From Phoronis australis (Eukaryota; Animalia; Phoronida): 64,000 nt of DNA. Positions 24,536 to 38,325 of this stretch are shown here, one piece after another (the stretch's first letter is position 1; every line of letters starts with the position of its first letter). The stretch lies in NCBI GenBank assembly GCA_002633005.1, contig NMRA01000098.1:793042-857041 (forward strand). Direction: 5' to 3'. A model generated the notes under the pieces. That model was given only the letters and a program-made list of their open reading frames with translations, did no database searches and was not told where the DNA came from. A program made the position numbers and the translations under genes.

Positions 24536-26780
24536 GGTCCATATTCGAGAGTTGACTGTTGACTGTGTTAGGGTCTAAAATATTTTTTTTGGTCACTTAC
24601 CAAATGAATCTCATATGCAGAGTTATTTAGTTGTGCAAATTAAAAAAAGAATCAAAATGGGACAATATTTGAGAAATTTATGCATGTTTCGTCTATGAAT
24701 TTCATGCATTTTTAGCATTAAGAGTGGCCATTTTAAAAATTAACAATTTTCAATTGTCAACAGTAGAAAAGAAATTTATTGTATCAAGTTAGCAATTGCT
24801 TAGATATCACTGGGAATAACTTGAGTCACTTTCAGAATCACTTAATAGATGGACTTGTGTTTAATCATTGAAAAATGGTAGGTTCATCATAAAACAGGCA
24901 CTTGTTACGAAATTCGTAAATTCTGTGTTTTTAACCCTCACCTACTGTAAAGAATGATAAAAACTAAAGTTCACATTCTGTCATAAAAAGAACTGCAGAA
25001 TATGTTAGCCCAGGCAACACAATAAATTATTTAATATATAAACAAACCAAAAGTTTGGATATTGACTGGATTCTGCTACGTTGAAAATGGGCCAAAAAGG
25101 CTAACAAAGTGTAGTGTACGTACCCCCATGTGGAATTCAATAACACAGATGGTCATTGCTAATGAAATGATTGCCTTTTAAATATCAACATGGTGCTTAT
25201 TATGACCAAAGAAAAATAAATGGCCATACAACATTATGTTACCATGTGATGCAGAAACAGTGATGTAGTGTACTTACCCCCATGTTTACCAATGCCATGA
25301 AAAAGTATCACTTCGTAAGTGAGCAGCACTGGTCATAGACAGTTTCCTTCCTTAAAAATGTTAGGTTAAAAGGGTGTTAATTGCAATTACATTTGTTTTG
25401 AGTGAAAAATTAGCATTTGTGTAGTGTGCCTATTTTCAAAGTACGGCAGATGTGCACATGAATGCTGGGCTTTTTATTTTTTTCTCTTTGAACTGTAAAT
25501 CGACTAACTCTCGGTAGATTCTTAGTATTTAGTTACAAACCTGACATGTTATCGAAATGTATTGTACGTACCCCTGTGTAGTGTACGTACCTCGATGTGA
25601 ACAAGTACCATAAAACAAAAATATTACACGGTAAGTAAGCAACACTTGTCACAGACAGTTTCCTCCTTTAAAAATGCTAGGTTAAAAGGGTGTTAATTAC
25701 AAATACAATTGTTTTGAGTGAAATATTAGCATCTGTGTAGTGTACGTGCCCCTACATTTTAACATGTGCCTGTTTTCAAAGGATGACACACAGATGTGCA
25801 CATGTATGTTGTACTTTTTATTCGTTCTCTTTGAATAGATTTGGTAAATGAACTAACTCTCGGTAGGTTCTAAGTATTTTTATAAAGCTGACGAGTCATT
25901 GAAATGTAGTGTACGTACCTTCAACCTCTGTGCTATAAAGTATTGCTCACGAGTGTTTTACATACTGCTGTTCTTGATGGAGTGAACAATACTGATATTT
26001 CCAAAAATGTCTGACAAAATAAGAACAATGGACATTATCAAATTTGTAGGCAATAAATTAACATGCTACACAGGACTTGGCTAATACTTAACATCCCACG
26101 TCGACAATTGACGTTGCAGAGGCAGGTTCTTTATCTCTCAAGACAACTTGCAACAAACCAACAAGTAGGGGCAGAGCAAAACTCGAGACCATCCCATACA
26201 TTTGTAACCTAGTCAAAATTTGACGTTGATTGACTGCGTAGTGTATGTACTCCCAAACCAGTACCATTTTTTACTGTTTACAGGCGGAACACTGGGCCTA
26301 GCATTGCTTTAACTATTTTGACCAACTGGTGGATGTATTGAAAGCTAGGCAAATAGCTCTAAGTTGAAAAGTAGTTACTTGTCATTTTCTTTTTGTAAGA
26401 ATCATAATGCAAGGGAAGAAGTTCTCATTATACTGTTTTAAGATATGCAATGTATCATCATCTAGAACAACTTATCAGCACGGTAATAACTTTTCTTACT
26501 TTAGTATGTGATACTTCTTTAATTTGATCAAGAACTTGTTAAATTAACAGCTACCTTATGAATTTTTGCATGGTAGAAGTTAGAGGTGACCACAAGTTGT
26601 AGTGTACGTACCATTTTCTACAACTGTGATGCATTAGGCCTTAAAATTTTATTCGGTGGTTCTTATGCAAAAAATACTTTAGATTACAAACCTGGAATGA
26701 TGGTACTTTAAAATAACCCAGCTTTTACAGTTATATGACAATCTTCATTTTTCACCAAAAGTGGCCACCGAATATGGACC
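24536..26780. mobile_element. Kolobok-like non-autonomous DNA transposon
   Basis: TIRs ggtccatattcg and cgaatatggacc, flanked by TTAA-like tcaa/ttga. About 9 internal copies of gtagtgtacgtacc and a ~300 bp internal duplication. Confidence 0.55.
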
Positions 26781-28829
26781 TTGATTAATGATTTGCCCGA
26801 ATCCACTGCATCACCTGTGTACAAAGGTGTGTAAGTACAAATCCTTCAGGAATATGAATACTTAGTTTTCGAAGATAAGCAAAAAGTGAACTGTGCCGGC
26901 TGACACTGATAGCAAACATGAATACCCTATCTTTATTGTAACCATTCCTGATTATGTTGAAACACGACGCGGCATACAGTTGTTATAGTAGACCGGCAGC
27001 CCAGAGCACTTAGCATAGATGAACGAGGTACCAACATCTGACCACGGGAGCATTTAAAGTCCACCTCAGTATGTACAGAAATGGACGTCTGCCGTTGTCT
27101 GCACTCTGGGTGTGACCCCTGGGGGCCTTACAAAGAGCCCCAAAAATGAGCTAGACTAGATATTCGAGGTACCAACCAAAACTGATTGAAAACGAACAAT
27201 AGTACCGCACTGAACACCAAATGACCCATGACAGACAAATTGCGCTCTGGAATGGGTCCGGCAGAAACCAAAAAAGGACCCCCCAAAAATGAGCTAGCAC
27301 ATACATTCGAGGTACCACACAAAACCAATTCCATGTGATTCAATACATGTCACAGATCACGAAAACCCCTATGACAGACAAAATACACTCTGGGTTGTGC
27401 CCGGCAGAAACCCCTAAAAATCTCAACCATGGTATGCCATCAAAAATTTGAGCTAGACTAGATTTTCGAGGTACCGGCCAAAACTGATTTTAAACGAACA
27501 ATAGTACCGCACTGAACACCAAATGACCCATGACAGACAAATTGCACTCTGGAATGGGTCCGGCAGAAACCAAAAAGGACCCCCCAAAAATGAGCTAGCA
27601 CATACATTCGAGGTACCACACAAAACCAATTCCATATGATTCAATACATGTCACAGATCACTAAATGCCCTATGACAGACAAATTACACTCTGGATTGTG
27701 CCCGGCAGAAACCCCCAAAAATCTCAACCACGGTATGCCATCAAAATTTGATCTAGACTAGATTTTCGAGGTACCGGCCAAAACTGATTTAAAACGAACA
27801 ATAGTACCGCACTGAACTCCAAATGACCCATGACAGACAAATTGCACACTGGAATCGGTCCAGCAGAAACCAAAAAAAGAGCCCCCCCCCCAAAAAAAAT
27901 GAGCTAGCTTATACATTTGAGGTACCTCACAAAACCAATTCCACGAGGTTCAATACATGTCACAGGTCACTAAATGCCCTATGACAGACAAAATACACTC
28001 TGGATTGTGCCTGGAAGAAACCCTCAAAACTCTCAACCACAATATACGCTATCAAAACTTTGAGGTACATTTGATACCCGAGGTACTGGCTAAAACTGAC
28101 TTAAAACCAATAATCCACCAGATGACCCATGACAGACAACAAATTGTGCTCTGGAAGGCGTTCGCCAGAAACTCAATTACACCGTAAAAGAAGCTAGGTC
28201 ATCATTCGGGGTACCACAATAAACAATTCCATGTGATTCAAATAGATGTTACTGGTTACCAAATACGCTATGACAGTTAAAACCCAGTGTGGGTTGTGCT
28301 CGCCAGCCCCAGAAATCTCAACTACCGGTCAGTAATTTTGAATATATATGACATATTAGATAATGAGCTTATACTTTTGCGTCTACTGAGCTCTCACACT
28401 GGATGTCAAATGGATGATGGCGGAGAGTAAGCCTGATAACAGTAAAACTTTGGGATACCAGGAACTGTCTAAAACCAACCCACTCAGTGAAGTTTAAGAA
28501 CGCAGATTGTGTAAAATATAAAACGCTATCAAAACTGCCAGCAGAAAGGATACGTCAGCGACAACACATGGCCCCTAAATTTGCGCTTGATCGAGGAACC
28601 ACGAAAGTTATTTCCAAGGAGCCCTTTCATCTCATTGACTACTAAACAATACGTTGAAAGAAAAGTAACAGACGGTTTTTTTAAAAACCTTCTTTAATCA
28701 AAATAAACTACATGAAATAGAGCAACACTTTCAAGCAGCATAGTAACAGATAGTCAAAATCACTGTATCGACAAGAACATCAAGCTACATACTATATGTT
28801 TAATGTCAACAGTAGTTTCTTGTTAGTTT

Positions 28830-29850
28830 TTAATACGTTTCAATACCGTCACTGCTACTCCAGCTTGATTCGGGCTCGCTTGTTTGGTCATAGCCCATTT
28901 CCTTTACCTCTTGATCAGCTTGGTTTTCTTGTAAAAGACCAGCACCTTCAAAAAGGACATCAGGAACGGCAGATCCACAAAACCATTTGGGAGTGTAGTA
29001 TCCATCTTGTGCCTTCCAACCATAGGTAAGAGGATCCAAACCGTTTCCCGGATCGGCCGAATCCACTTGGCCTCAGAGAAAGGCAACATAATGGGCTCGT
29101 TTGAGCTTTTTCAATAGTGTCTTTCGGCAAGGAGGAAAAATGCGCAGTCTATCTTCTTGATGTTGGACATCGGAGAAAATTTTATTGACGAGGAACCAAT
29201 TGTCTAAAAGCTGACGAACAAAAACATAAAACCCATGCACGCACCCAGCCTCTAGTTTTGGGGGGCTCGAATTTCTGAACAAGTGGACCTTTTGCTAACA
29301 GAAAAGCTGGCGGACTAACAAAAACGGGGTACCACCTTCAGTGCTGTGAACTGTGCGTCTGCGCATTTTTAGTGGACATTTGTCTCGTTTCCACGGACTG
29401 TTTGTTTCTCTGAGGCGGACCTTTTTGGCAACTTCGCCAAATGAGGGGCTCGTTCGAGCCCCCCGAGCCCTCCTGGGTATGCGCATGAAATCTCACCACC
29501 ATTTACTGTTTTTTGACGTGAAACTGGGCATTTTGAAAACATTTGAAATTATTTTCGTTGCTTTTATGAACTATATTTTATCAATTACAGTTATTACCTT
29601 GTTCATTTTCCGGTCGTCTCTATTAATTTCAGATATCGGCGCTTCATTGACATCTTTGACTCCTCCCTTCATTAAATAGGAGGCATGTGTCTTCTTCTAA
29701 CTTTCTTTCGTCTGGGACATCTACGCTTATTAACTCTGAGAAGAAGCTGATAAGTGTCCCAGATGAGTCTTTCATCAGGATTTCCAGAGGCCTCCCTTTC
29801 CCTTTCCTAAACAGTGCTGCTGTGACGTCACACCCTGTCATTGCATGCAA
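28830..29850 (-). pseudogene. Academ transposase C-terminal (XPG-like) remnant
   Basis: Motifs HAMTGCDVTAALFRKGK, FPPCRKTL..KLKRAHYVA and DPLTYGWK..G..TPKW fall in different frames. Confidence 0.7.
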
Positions 29851-30359
29851 TTTTCATTGTTTATATATTTATTTAAATAGCATTGGGACTCCACGTGGCT
29901 GCGCACCAAATTAGGGGTGATTTGTATTTTATCACGGAAGACATTATGTCGACCATCGACACCCGTCTGCTTTTCGCTTGTAGTGATCATGAGAGTAAAC
30001 ACAGGCTTTAGTGAACGAAAGTTTTTAATAATTAGTTTTTGTTTCCTGCGGTCCCGCTTTTTGCAGTTAACTTATTAAATACACAACTTTTGTCACCAAT
30101 TGTGTACTTCGATTTTCGTGGTGCAATTTTTAATATCTTGTTGTCCAGTTGTTTGGATTTCCCACCCGAGTACTTGAACTAGCAGGGGAAAGCTGCATGA
30201 ACGATTGTACCTCCATTTTTTAAGGTCCTTTCTGGGTTTTTGGCAGACTATTTCCGAGTAAAATTTGTCTCTCACGGGTCATTGGGTTTTCAGTGCAGCA
30301 CGATTGGTGGTTTTAAATCAGTTTAAGCCGATACCTTGAAAATCTAACTGTCTCAAAAA

Positions 30360-31860
30360 TGGCAAACCGTGGTTGAGATTTTTGAGGGTTTCTGCCAAGG
30401 ACAATCCAGAGTGTATTTTGTCTGCCGGTCATAGGGCATTTAGTGACCTGTGACATGTATTGAATCTAATGTAATTGTTTTTGTGGTATCTCGAATGTAT
30501 GTGCTAGCACATTTTTGGGGGGTCTTTTTTGGTTTCTGCCGGACCCATTCTAGAGTGCAGTTTGTCTGTCATGGGTCATTCAATGTTCAGTGCGGTACTA
30601 TTGTTCGTTTTAAATCAGTTTTGGCCGGTACCTCGAAAATCTAGTCTAGATCAAATTTTGGTGGCATACCGTGGTTGAGATTTTTGGGGGTTTCTGCCGG
30701 GCACAACCCAGAGTGTATTTTGTCTGTCATAGGGGTTTTAGTGATCTGTGACATGTATTGAATCATATGGAATTGGTTTTGTGTGGTACCTCGAATGTAT
30801 GTGCTAGCTCATTTTTGGGGGGTCCTTTTTTGGTTTCTGCCGGACCCATTCCAGAGTGCAATTTGTCTGTCATGGGTCATTTGGTGTTCAGTGCGGTACT
30901 ATTGTTCGTTTAAAATCAGTTTTGGCCGGTACCTCGAAAATCTAGTCTAGATCAAATTTTGGTGGCATACCGTGGTTGAGATTTTTGGGGGTTTCTGCCG
31001 GGCACAACCCAGAGTGTATTTTGTCTGTCATAGGGGTTTTAGTGATCTGTGACATGTATTGAATCATATGGAATTGGTTTTGTGTGGTACCTCGAATGTA
31101 TGTGCTAGCTCATTTTTGGGGGGTCCTTTTTTGGTTTCTGCCGGACCCATTCCAGAGTGCAATTTGTCTGTCATGGGTCATTTGGTGTTCAGTGCGGTAC
31201 TATTGTTCGTTTAAAATCAGTTTTGGCCGGTACCTCGAAAATCTAGTCTAGCTCAAATTTTTGATGGCATACCATGGTTGAGATTTTTGGGGGTTTCTGC
31301 CGGGCACAACCCAGAGTGTAATTTGCCTGTCATAGGGGTTTTAGTGATCTGTGACATGTATTGAATCATATGGAATTGGTTTTGTGTGGTACCTCGAATG
31401 TATGTGCTAGCTCAATTTTGGGGGGTCCTTTTTTGGTTTCTGCCGGACCCATTCCAGAGTGCAATTTGTCTGTCATGGGTCATTTGGTGTTCAGTGCGGT
31501 ACTATTGTTCGTATAAAATCAGTTTTGGCCGGTACCTCGAAAATCTAGTCTAGCTCAAATTTTTGATGGCATACCATGGTTGAGATTTTTAGGGGTTTCT
31601 GCCGGGCACAACCCAGAGTGTAATTTGTCTGTCATAGGGGTTTTAGTGATCTGTGACATGTATTGAATCATATGGAATTGGTTTTGTGTGGTACCTCGAA
31701 TGTATGTGCTAGCTCATTTTTGGGGGGTCCTTTTTTGGTTTCTGCCGGACCCATTCCAGAGTGCAATTTGTCTGTCATGGGTCATTCGGTGTTCAGTGCG
31801 GTACTATTATTCGTTAAAAATCAGTTTTGGTTGGTACCTCGAATATCTAGTCTAGCTCAT
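30360..31860. repeat. About 5 tandem ~301 bp units (right arm of the Academ element), with about 3.5-4 inverted units at 27135-28330
   Basis: gtggcataccgtggttgaga at 30661 and 30962 gives a period of 301. The units are nearly identical. Confidence 0.9.
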
Positions 31861-32617
31861 TTTTTGGACTGTTTGTAAGGCCCCCAGGGGTCACACCCAG
31901 AGTGTAGACAACGGCAGACGTCCATTTCTGTACATACTGAGGTGGACTTTAAATGCTCCCGTGGTCAGATGTTGGTACCTCGTTCATCTATGCTAAGTGC
32001 TCTGGGCTGCCGGTCTATAGGTTAAATAATCATTTAATTTAACACATGTCCAGCAGTACCGTACGTTCGGAGGGCCTGGGGGTGTTTGCCGTATTGCATC
32101 TAGATGTAAAGCATACTAGACAAAATCCTATTGCTTTTGCGACTTGTTTACACCTGCGAAAACGATTTTGGCGGAGGTGTGAAACATGATACAGTCCTGG
32201 CACCTCGTTACAACGAACCTACCGGGATCTATCGAAAGCGCTCGTAACCGGGATTCGTTGTAGCCGAATCGGCTTTTTAGATAAAATAAAAACCTTAAAA
32301 CCGTTTATTTGCCATATTTTGTGTGTAGTCCAACCGCATGCCATCCCGCATATAGCAAATCGCGTGCTTATGCGTCACACGCTGTGCGAATTGATTGAAA
32401 CCAAGAGGTTGGCACGTGAATTTTAGACTGGCAAGCGCTGGTTTACTGAAGTTGCTGAAGTTACGAAATTGGTATGTTATACTCGTTTCATCGTTGTACC
32501 CGTGTTCATTACAAACGAAGAAAAGGTGTTTGCATTGGAGAAAATGGGACTTTGGCGGAATGGAACGTCATAGGCTACTGAAGGCAGTGAACGTCATAAA
32601 CGGGTTCGTCACAAGTC

Positions 32618-33201
32618 TGGTGGGCCGTTGAGGGGAAAGTGTCGCCGTAAAATTACGCTCGAAATTACGAGCGTAAATTGAATTGCAGGAGTGTCGCCGT
32701 ACAATTACGCTAGTAAATTAAACGGGAAAAAGTTTCGCCGTAAAATTACGCTCGTAATTACCGAGCGTAAGTTAAATTGCAAAAGTGTTGCGGTAAAATT
32801 ACGCCCGTAAATTAAATGGGGGAAATGTCGCTGTAAATTACGCTCGTAAAATACCTTGAGAACGTTCCAAATTTAAACCCGGCCAATCAGTGATGACCTA
32901 ACATACACGACTGTTGCTGGGCAGCTCGTTCTTGCACAATCGCTGACATGGCAGCAGCGATTTGATCGGCCATGATTCAGCGCTCGTATCGTAGACATGA
33001 AATCCGTATTCCCATGAGCGCGCGTGATCGTGGATTGTAAAACCCAACGTAATTGGCCAAGAGTTTAAACTAAATTACGAGCTTAATTTTACGCCGTAAA
33101 GAATTAAATTACGCTTGTAATTTTACGGCGTAAATAACGGCGTAATGTACACAATTACGCTCGTGCTTTTCCGGCGGCACTTTCCACCCAACGGTCCATC
33201 A
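32618..33201. mobile_element. MITE with internal aattacgctcgtaa repeats
   Basis: Imperfect TIRs tggtgggccgttgaggggaaagtgtcgccg and cggcggcactttccacccaacggtccatca. The 8 bp flanks cacaagtc/tacaagtc are a probable TSD. Confidence 0.65.
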
Positions 33202-33237
33202 TACAAGTCCCCCCCGTTATAACTTCATGTAGTAAAT

Positions 33238-34181
33238 CCCTTACGAAAAAGGATTTCCTATAGGAATCCTGTAGGAATTTTCTATTGGATATCCTATTGG
33301 ATCCTATAGGAACCTATGGGACTTCCTATTGGATCATATAGCATTTCTTATTGGATCCTATAGGATTTCCTATAGGAATCCTCTAGGGTTTCTATAGGAA
33401 TCGTATAGGATTTTCTGTTGGATTCTATAGGAATCCTATGATTTCCTATAAGATTTCTTATAGGAATTCCTATTCGATCCTATAGGATTTCCTAGTAGGA
33501 ATCCTTTAGGATTTCCTATAGGATATTTTTATAGGAAATCCTATAGGAACCTATGGGTTTCTATAGGAATCGTATAGGATTTTCTATTGGATCCTATAGG
33601 ATTTCCTATAAAATCCTATAGGAACCTATGGGTTTCTATAGGAATCGTATAGGATTTTCTATTGGATCCTATAGGATTTCCTATTGGATCCTATAGGAAA
33701 TCTAATAGGATCCTATAAGATTTCCTAAAGCATCCAGTCGGTAGGAAAGCCTATAGAAATCCTTTAGGATATCCTATGAGAAACCCTATAGGAATTCGTA
33801 TAAGACTTGAATATATCTAGTAGGCAGTTCAATAGGATTCTATAGGAAGTTCAACAGGATTCTATGAAGCAGTTAACATACATGTATTAAGACTCGCCTG
33901 AATATTAAAGTTTACGAAAATTAATGACTTAGAAGAGCTGAAATTAGTTAAAAACAAATCGATATTTTACCATATAGTCTTAGGCTCTTTGTTTGTGAAA
34001 ATGCTTAGAAATCAGATTTGTGATTAAATTCCTGTAGGATTTTTTCAGCAGGAATCCTTTTAGGATATATTGAACCTATCGATATTCCTATAGGTATTTA
34101 TATAGGAATTCGTAGGAAAACCTATCCTGTAGGAATCCTTTAGGAATTCCTATAGGATCCTATTGAATATTTTCGTATGAG
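33238..34181. mobile_element. Non-autonomous TIR element filled with a palindromic ggattcctatagg minisatellite (EnSpm/CMC-like)
   Basis: Termini cccttacgaaaa and ttttcgtatgag, 2 bp AT flanks, and dozens of cctatagg palindromes. Confidence 0.65.
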
Positions 34182-36199
34182 ATACTTTGAGACTTACAAA
34201 ATGGAAATGTTGCAATAAAAAGAATCAGCAATAATTTCAAACCCATTGGGACCCGTCAGACATTTCCTTCTTATGCTGCAGTACATATATATGCTCGGTT
34301 TCTAGTTACCTGCTAAATGGAGTTAAAATTTCATTAAGTTAAGGATCAGAGTAATTTAGTACCTTTTAAGATATATGTATGTCAAAATCACCGTGTGCAT
34401 TCACAAAGAAAAAGGTCGCAGGACCCCATTTTCTGCACGTAGGCTGCATTGCAAACTGGTGTGTTTTTTCCACTTAGCTGATCGTATTGTTACTACATGA
34501 TAGCGTTTTCCCGTTCAGTGACTTTACCAGCTAGACGAAGGGGGTTCTGAGCATGTGACAACGATCTAACTTCTTTGTTAACTGCCAAGCAAAGTCTTTT
34601 GTCCGTTATGACAACAGGCAGGCCAATTATCTACCAGGCTTATTACAGTCCACGTGTGAACACCCTCAAACCCAGAGCGAAATAGGTACATTCCAGAAAG
34701 AATAGATTATCGTAACTTCGGTTGCAGTTGAGCGATTTTGGATCAAAGGCGTAACTATGTCTTCTTCGTGATATGTGTCGAGAAAGAAAGGTATATTGAT
34801 CAAGATGGCAGATATGTTTCATAAAAGTGACTCGAGACTTTAAAAGACAAATTTGATCTTAAGCTTTCACTTCGCAATTGCTGAAAAGGTTGAGTAAAAT
34901 AATTATGTTAAGTGCATCCTGACACTCTAGAAATAATTTGTAGAAACTATCTCAGTAACTAGTAGTGATGCATGTCTACGTTCTGAGAGACTTAGCGGCA
35001 TATTTGCTCAAGTTAAATAGCTAGCTGTGTGGGTCGTAATACGAACTTTCTGACTTGAATGTTAAATCATTTTTATGAAATAAGCCTCTCTGCTCTGGAT
35101 TTATTCTAAAAAATACAATAACGATTTCCATTAAAACATCTCCGCTCCTTAACTACACATCATGGTAATATTTGGAACTACTACAATCAAATTAAAAAAG
35201 CAATCCAAATCGTGGCATTTTTACTGCGAAGGCAAAAACTTATTTCTTTTCTAATACATCAATAAATAACTTCAATAGGAATGTAGAGTGTATAGTGAAG
35301 CATAGTTCTTTTTAAGGGGGCGTTCGCATCCAAAATTTTGCCACTTTTTACGGGGGGAGCATCGTTATCTTCTAACCCTGACGACAAAACTAAAAGCTCA
35401 CTCTGCACCTTGGCCGCACTGAACCTTTGCCCGATTAAAGAGTTGATCGACCAACCAATTGCGATCGCCGATAAGAAACTTCCTGGTGTTATCATTCTCT
35501 TTTTGTTCACGCCCCTGCCATCCTCATTTTTATGAGAGTCAACAGTTTTACGAGGTAAGGCCATGACTTTCATCCAAAATAAATTTATTCACTGCAAATT
35601 CATTCGAGAGTTGAACCCTAAGTCTGACGGTTCAAATAACCAAATACATGTACCTACGTTTTCCAAGGCAGATGAGACTGGTCAACTCGAAGTTTTTCTT
35701 TTTCAGAACACTAAGCAATCCGGGCACTCCTATAGTCTTGAGTTGGAACAACAGCAGACCATCTGATTAAGCAGAACCGTTGAAAAGGTAGGTTTGAACA
35801 ATGAGCTATAGGCCTATACCTGGTATAGCTCATTGGTTTGAAGTTAAGTCACTGGATAGCGATCACTTTACGTGATTATTTTGTATCGATGGTGAATGAT
35901 ATAGCTATGGAAATAGACAGAGATGTAAACAATGCCATATCGAGTTTAGAAAAATTGCATAGTGAGATCGGGAATGTAATGTCTGCATCAGCAGTCACAA
36001 CGGCTATTGCCGTGACGGATGTAAGTGGTTCGATTTTGAGCTATAAACACTGAAAAGAAGAAGATATAAGCTCTTGCAACCATTCAGAATGAATAGAACT
36101 GAAGCCTTATTAAACGAATACAATAGTACGAAGGAAGGACTTAATTTATCGTAATCTATTTTGCCCGGGGTACGCCACGAGCTATGTTGCAGAGTAAAA

Positions 36200-36412
36200 C
36201 AAGAGGAGGATTACGACGAGGCCAAGATGGAATGCCAAATGATTTTTTCAATCTTTTAATAGAAAAAATCCAGCATTTCTTGTACAAGTTTTTCATTAAA
36301 AAAATTTTGTTGTGGAAAATTCCCAACGGAGAGGTGGAAAACAGGATTGATGTTACCTTTGTGTAAAAGGGGTGATCCATCAAACCCTGGTAACTATAAA
36401 GGAATCACGATA
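36200..36412 (+). pseudogene. Non-LTR retrotransposon ORF2 fragment (pre-RT region)
   Basis: GQDGMPNDFF...LYKFF, then after a frameshift PLCKRGDPSNPGNYKGITI, matching the LINE motif P..K.GD...P.NYRGI. Confidence 0.65.
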
Positions 36413-37493
36413 CATCATGGCGAAGTCGTTATACCCCGTTATCTAGAGCCCGATGGGATTTTGGAGAATTATCGCCCGAGTGGCGTTACTATTTATACCA
36501 CATTCTGTACGAGAAACATTGCAATGAATCGATCTACCTTTCTCAACTCGCCTCGGCTTTGTAACTACTTTCTATGTCAGAGGCCCGGGGTCGGAGGTCG
36601 TGACGTTTTAAGAAAAGCCGAGCTATTTTTGTCAAATAATGCTTTTACTCAAAACCAATTGAAAAATAAAACAAAATAGAAAGAAAGTGATTTAGCAACT
36701 ATTATAGCTTACTACACATTTAATCACGCTAAGCTTCGACCGGGAAAATGTCGTCTGCCAAATTAGGTTACCACTAGTAACTGACTGTAATGCTCAAGTC
36801 AAAGGATCCCTAAGACACGATACCCGCATTCAAATTGGAGATCGGTGATTTACAACTCGCTAGTTCCTTGCGTGCCACTAGGTGAGGCGGTAGCCGCGCC
36901 AGCACGCAGGTATCATGCAGTGGCACGCGCTTTAGCATTGGTTGATGTAACCTCAGCAGTCATTGGAAAGCTTACAACACCGTAAAAAATGGCGGACTGT
37001 GAACGATTTTTAGCCTTGCCATGCAAGTGGTGTCGCAGCAACTATTTCGTTTCTGCAGTGATGTTTAATAACCGCGTGCTTGAAGCACGAGCATGTACAA
37101 TAAACAAGGCACATATCTGGCCAATTTGACGGTGTGTTATTCATACTGTGTAAATACAGGACAGTATCGTGTACAAAAGTCATCAACAGTAGAAAGATAC
37201 ACTCCGAAAAGGCGCAACCACTATTTCTAGGATTCACAATTCCTGAACGTAAATTCGAGGGAACACGTGACCCTCATGGCGGGAAGGTTGGTTTTCTGAC
37301 TTGTGCGGACTCTCCCATCTAACAATAACGAAATTAAGTGGCTTCTGCTGAAGTTGGAGACCTGCAGATTATTGGCTGGAACACGTGACCCTCATGGCGG
37401 GAAGGTTGGTTTTCTGACTTGTGCGGACTCTCCCATCTAACAATAACGAAATTAATTTAATTTGAAGACAGAACCGACAGTAATTCATCTCAC

Positions 37494-38325
37494 ATGAATA
37501 ACGAACAGACCCCGACAAGTGGCAGAAAAAGAACACCAAGCCGAAACTCTAGTGAACTCTGAGCTTCGACGTCAAAAAAACCTCTGAAGCAACCGACAAT
37601 GGACGCCATATTGACAGGAAAGGGACAAAATGTCACCAAGAAGACTCGGTCATTGAAAGATGAACTAAAGGAGGCACTCATGGATTCAGATATCCAGTCA
37701 CTGTTTACAAACATGATAAAGCTCTTAATTGACGCTGGTTTGTCTGAAATGTATAAAGCACTAGACCTTCAATACGATCAAAAAATGGCTGAAAAGGATA
37801 AAAAAAATAACAACACTTGAAAATCAACTCGACAAGCTGAAGCAAGAAAGTGGCTCTCAGATACACAGGTTGGAATCTGATTTGTATGAGCTTGAACAGT
37901 ATAGCCGCCGAAACTGCGTTGTAATCAGCGGAATAAAAGAAATTGACAAGGAGTGCACAGACGACATTGTTATTGGTCTAGCTAAAAGAATTGGTGCTAC
38001 CGTTGAGAAGTCTGACATATGTCACAGTCACCGCCTAGGTAAAAAAATCCAAGCTAATGCCAAGACGAGGTCAATTATAGTGAAATTTACGAATTACAAT
38101 GCAAGAGCCGAATTCATGAGAAATAAAAAGAAATTGAAAACTGAAGCTGGCAAGATCTACGTTAACGAGAATCTGACCAAAAAACGAGCACAGCTGTACA
38201 AGGCTTGTAGAGACCTGGGTGCCCAGATTCAGAGTTGCTGGACATATGATGGAAGAATTTATTACAAGAACTGGGCCAATGAAATTAAATCGGTGAGCAG
38301 CATGGAAGATTTACAGGGCATCTAA
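37494..38325 (+). pseudogene. LINE (CR1/L2-type) ORF1-like protein, disrupted
   Basis: LEQYSRRNCVVISGIKE...HRLGK...IIVKF...IYVNENLT...CWTYDGRIY, preceded by a coiled-coil region. Premature TGA at 37560 and a frameshift near 37800. Confidence 0.8.

Larger units (their letters stand above)
26989..32017 (-). mobile_element. Academ (AcademX-type) DNA transposon, internally deleted, with long TIRs and ~301 bp subterminal repeat arrays
   Basis: Near-perfect TIRs of more than 150 bp with TAGACC...GGTCTA termini and a 3 bp TSD TAG (26986-26988 and 32018-32020). Contains an XPG/H3TH-like coding remnant. TAG..CTA ends with 3-4 bp TSDs and an XPG domain are Academ hallmarks. Confidence 0.8.

Noticed and set aside
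27128-31878. Repeated small ORF MNHMELVLCGTSNVC and a CRISPR-like appearance
   Set aside because: By-product of the 301 bp tandem unit. There are no unique spacers, no cas genes, and the context is eukaryotic.
35259-36053. ORFs of 104 aa and 71 aa with protein-like composition
   Set aside because: No recognisable family, splice context or partner exons.
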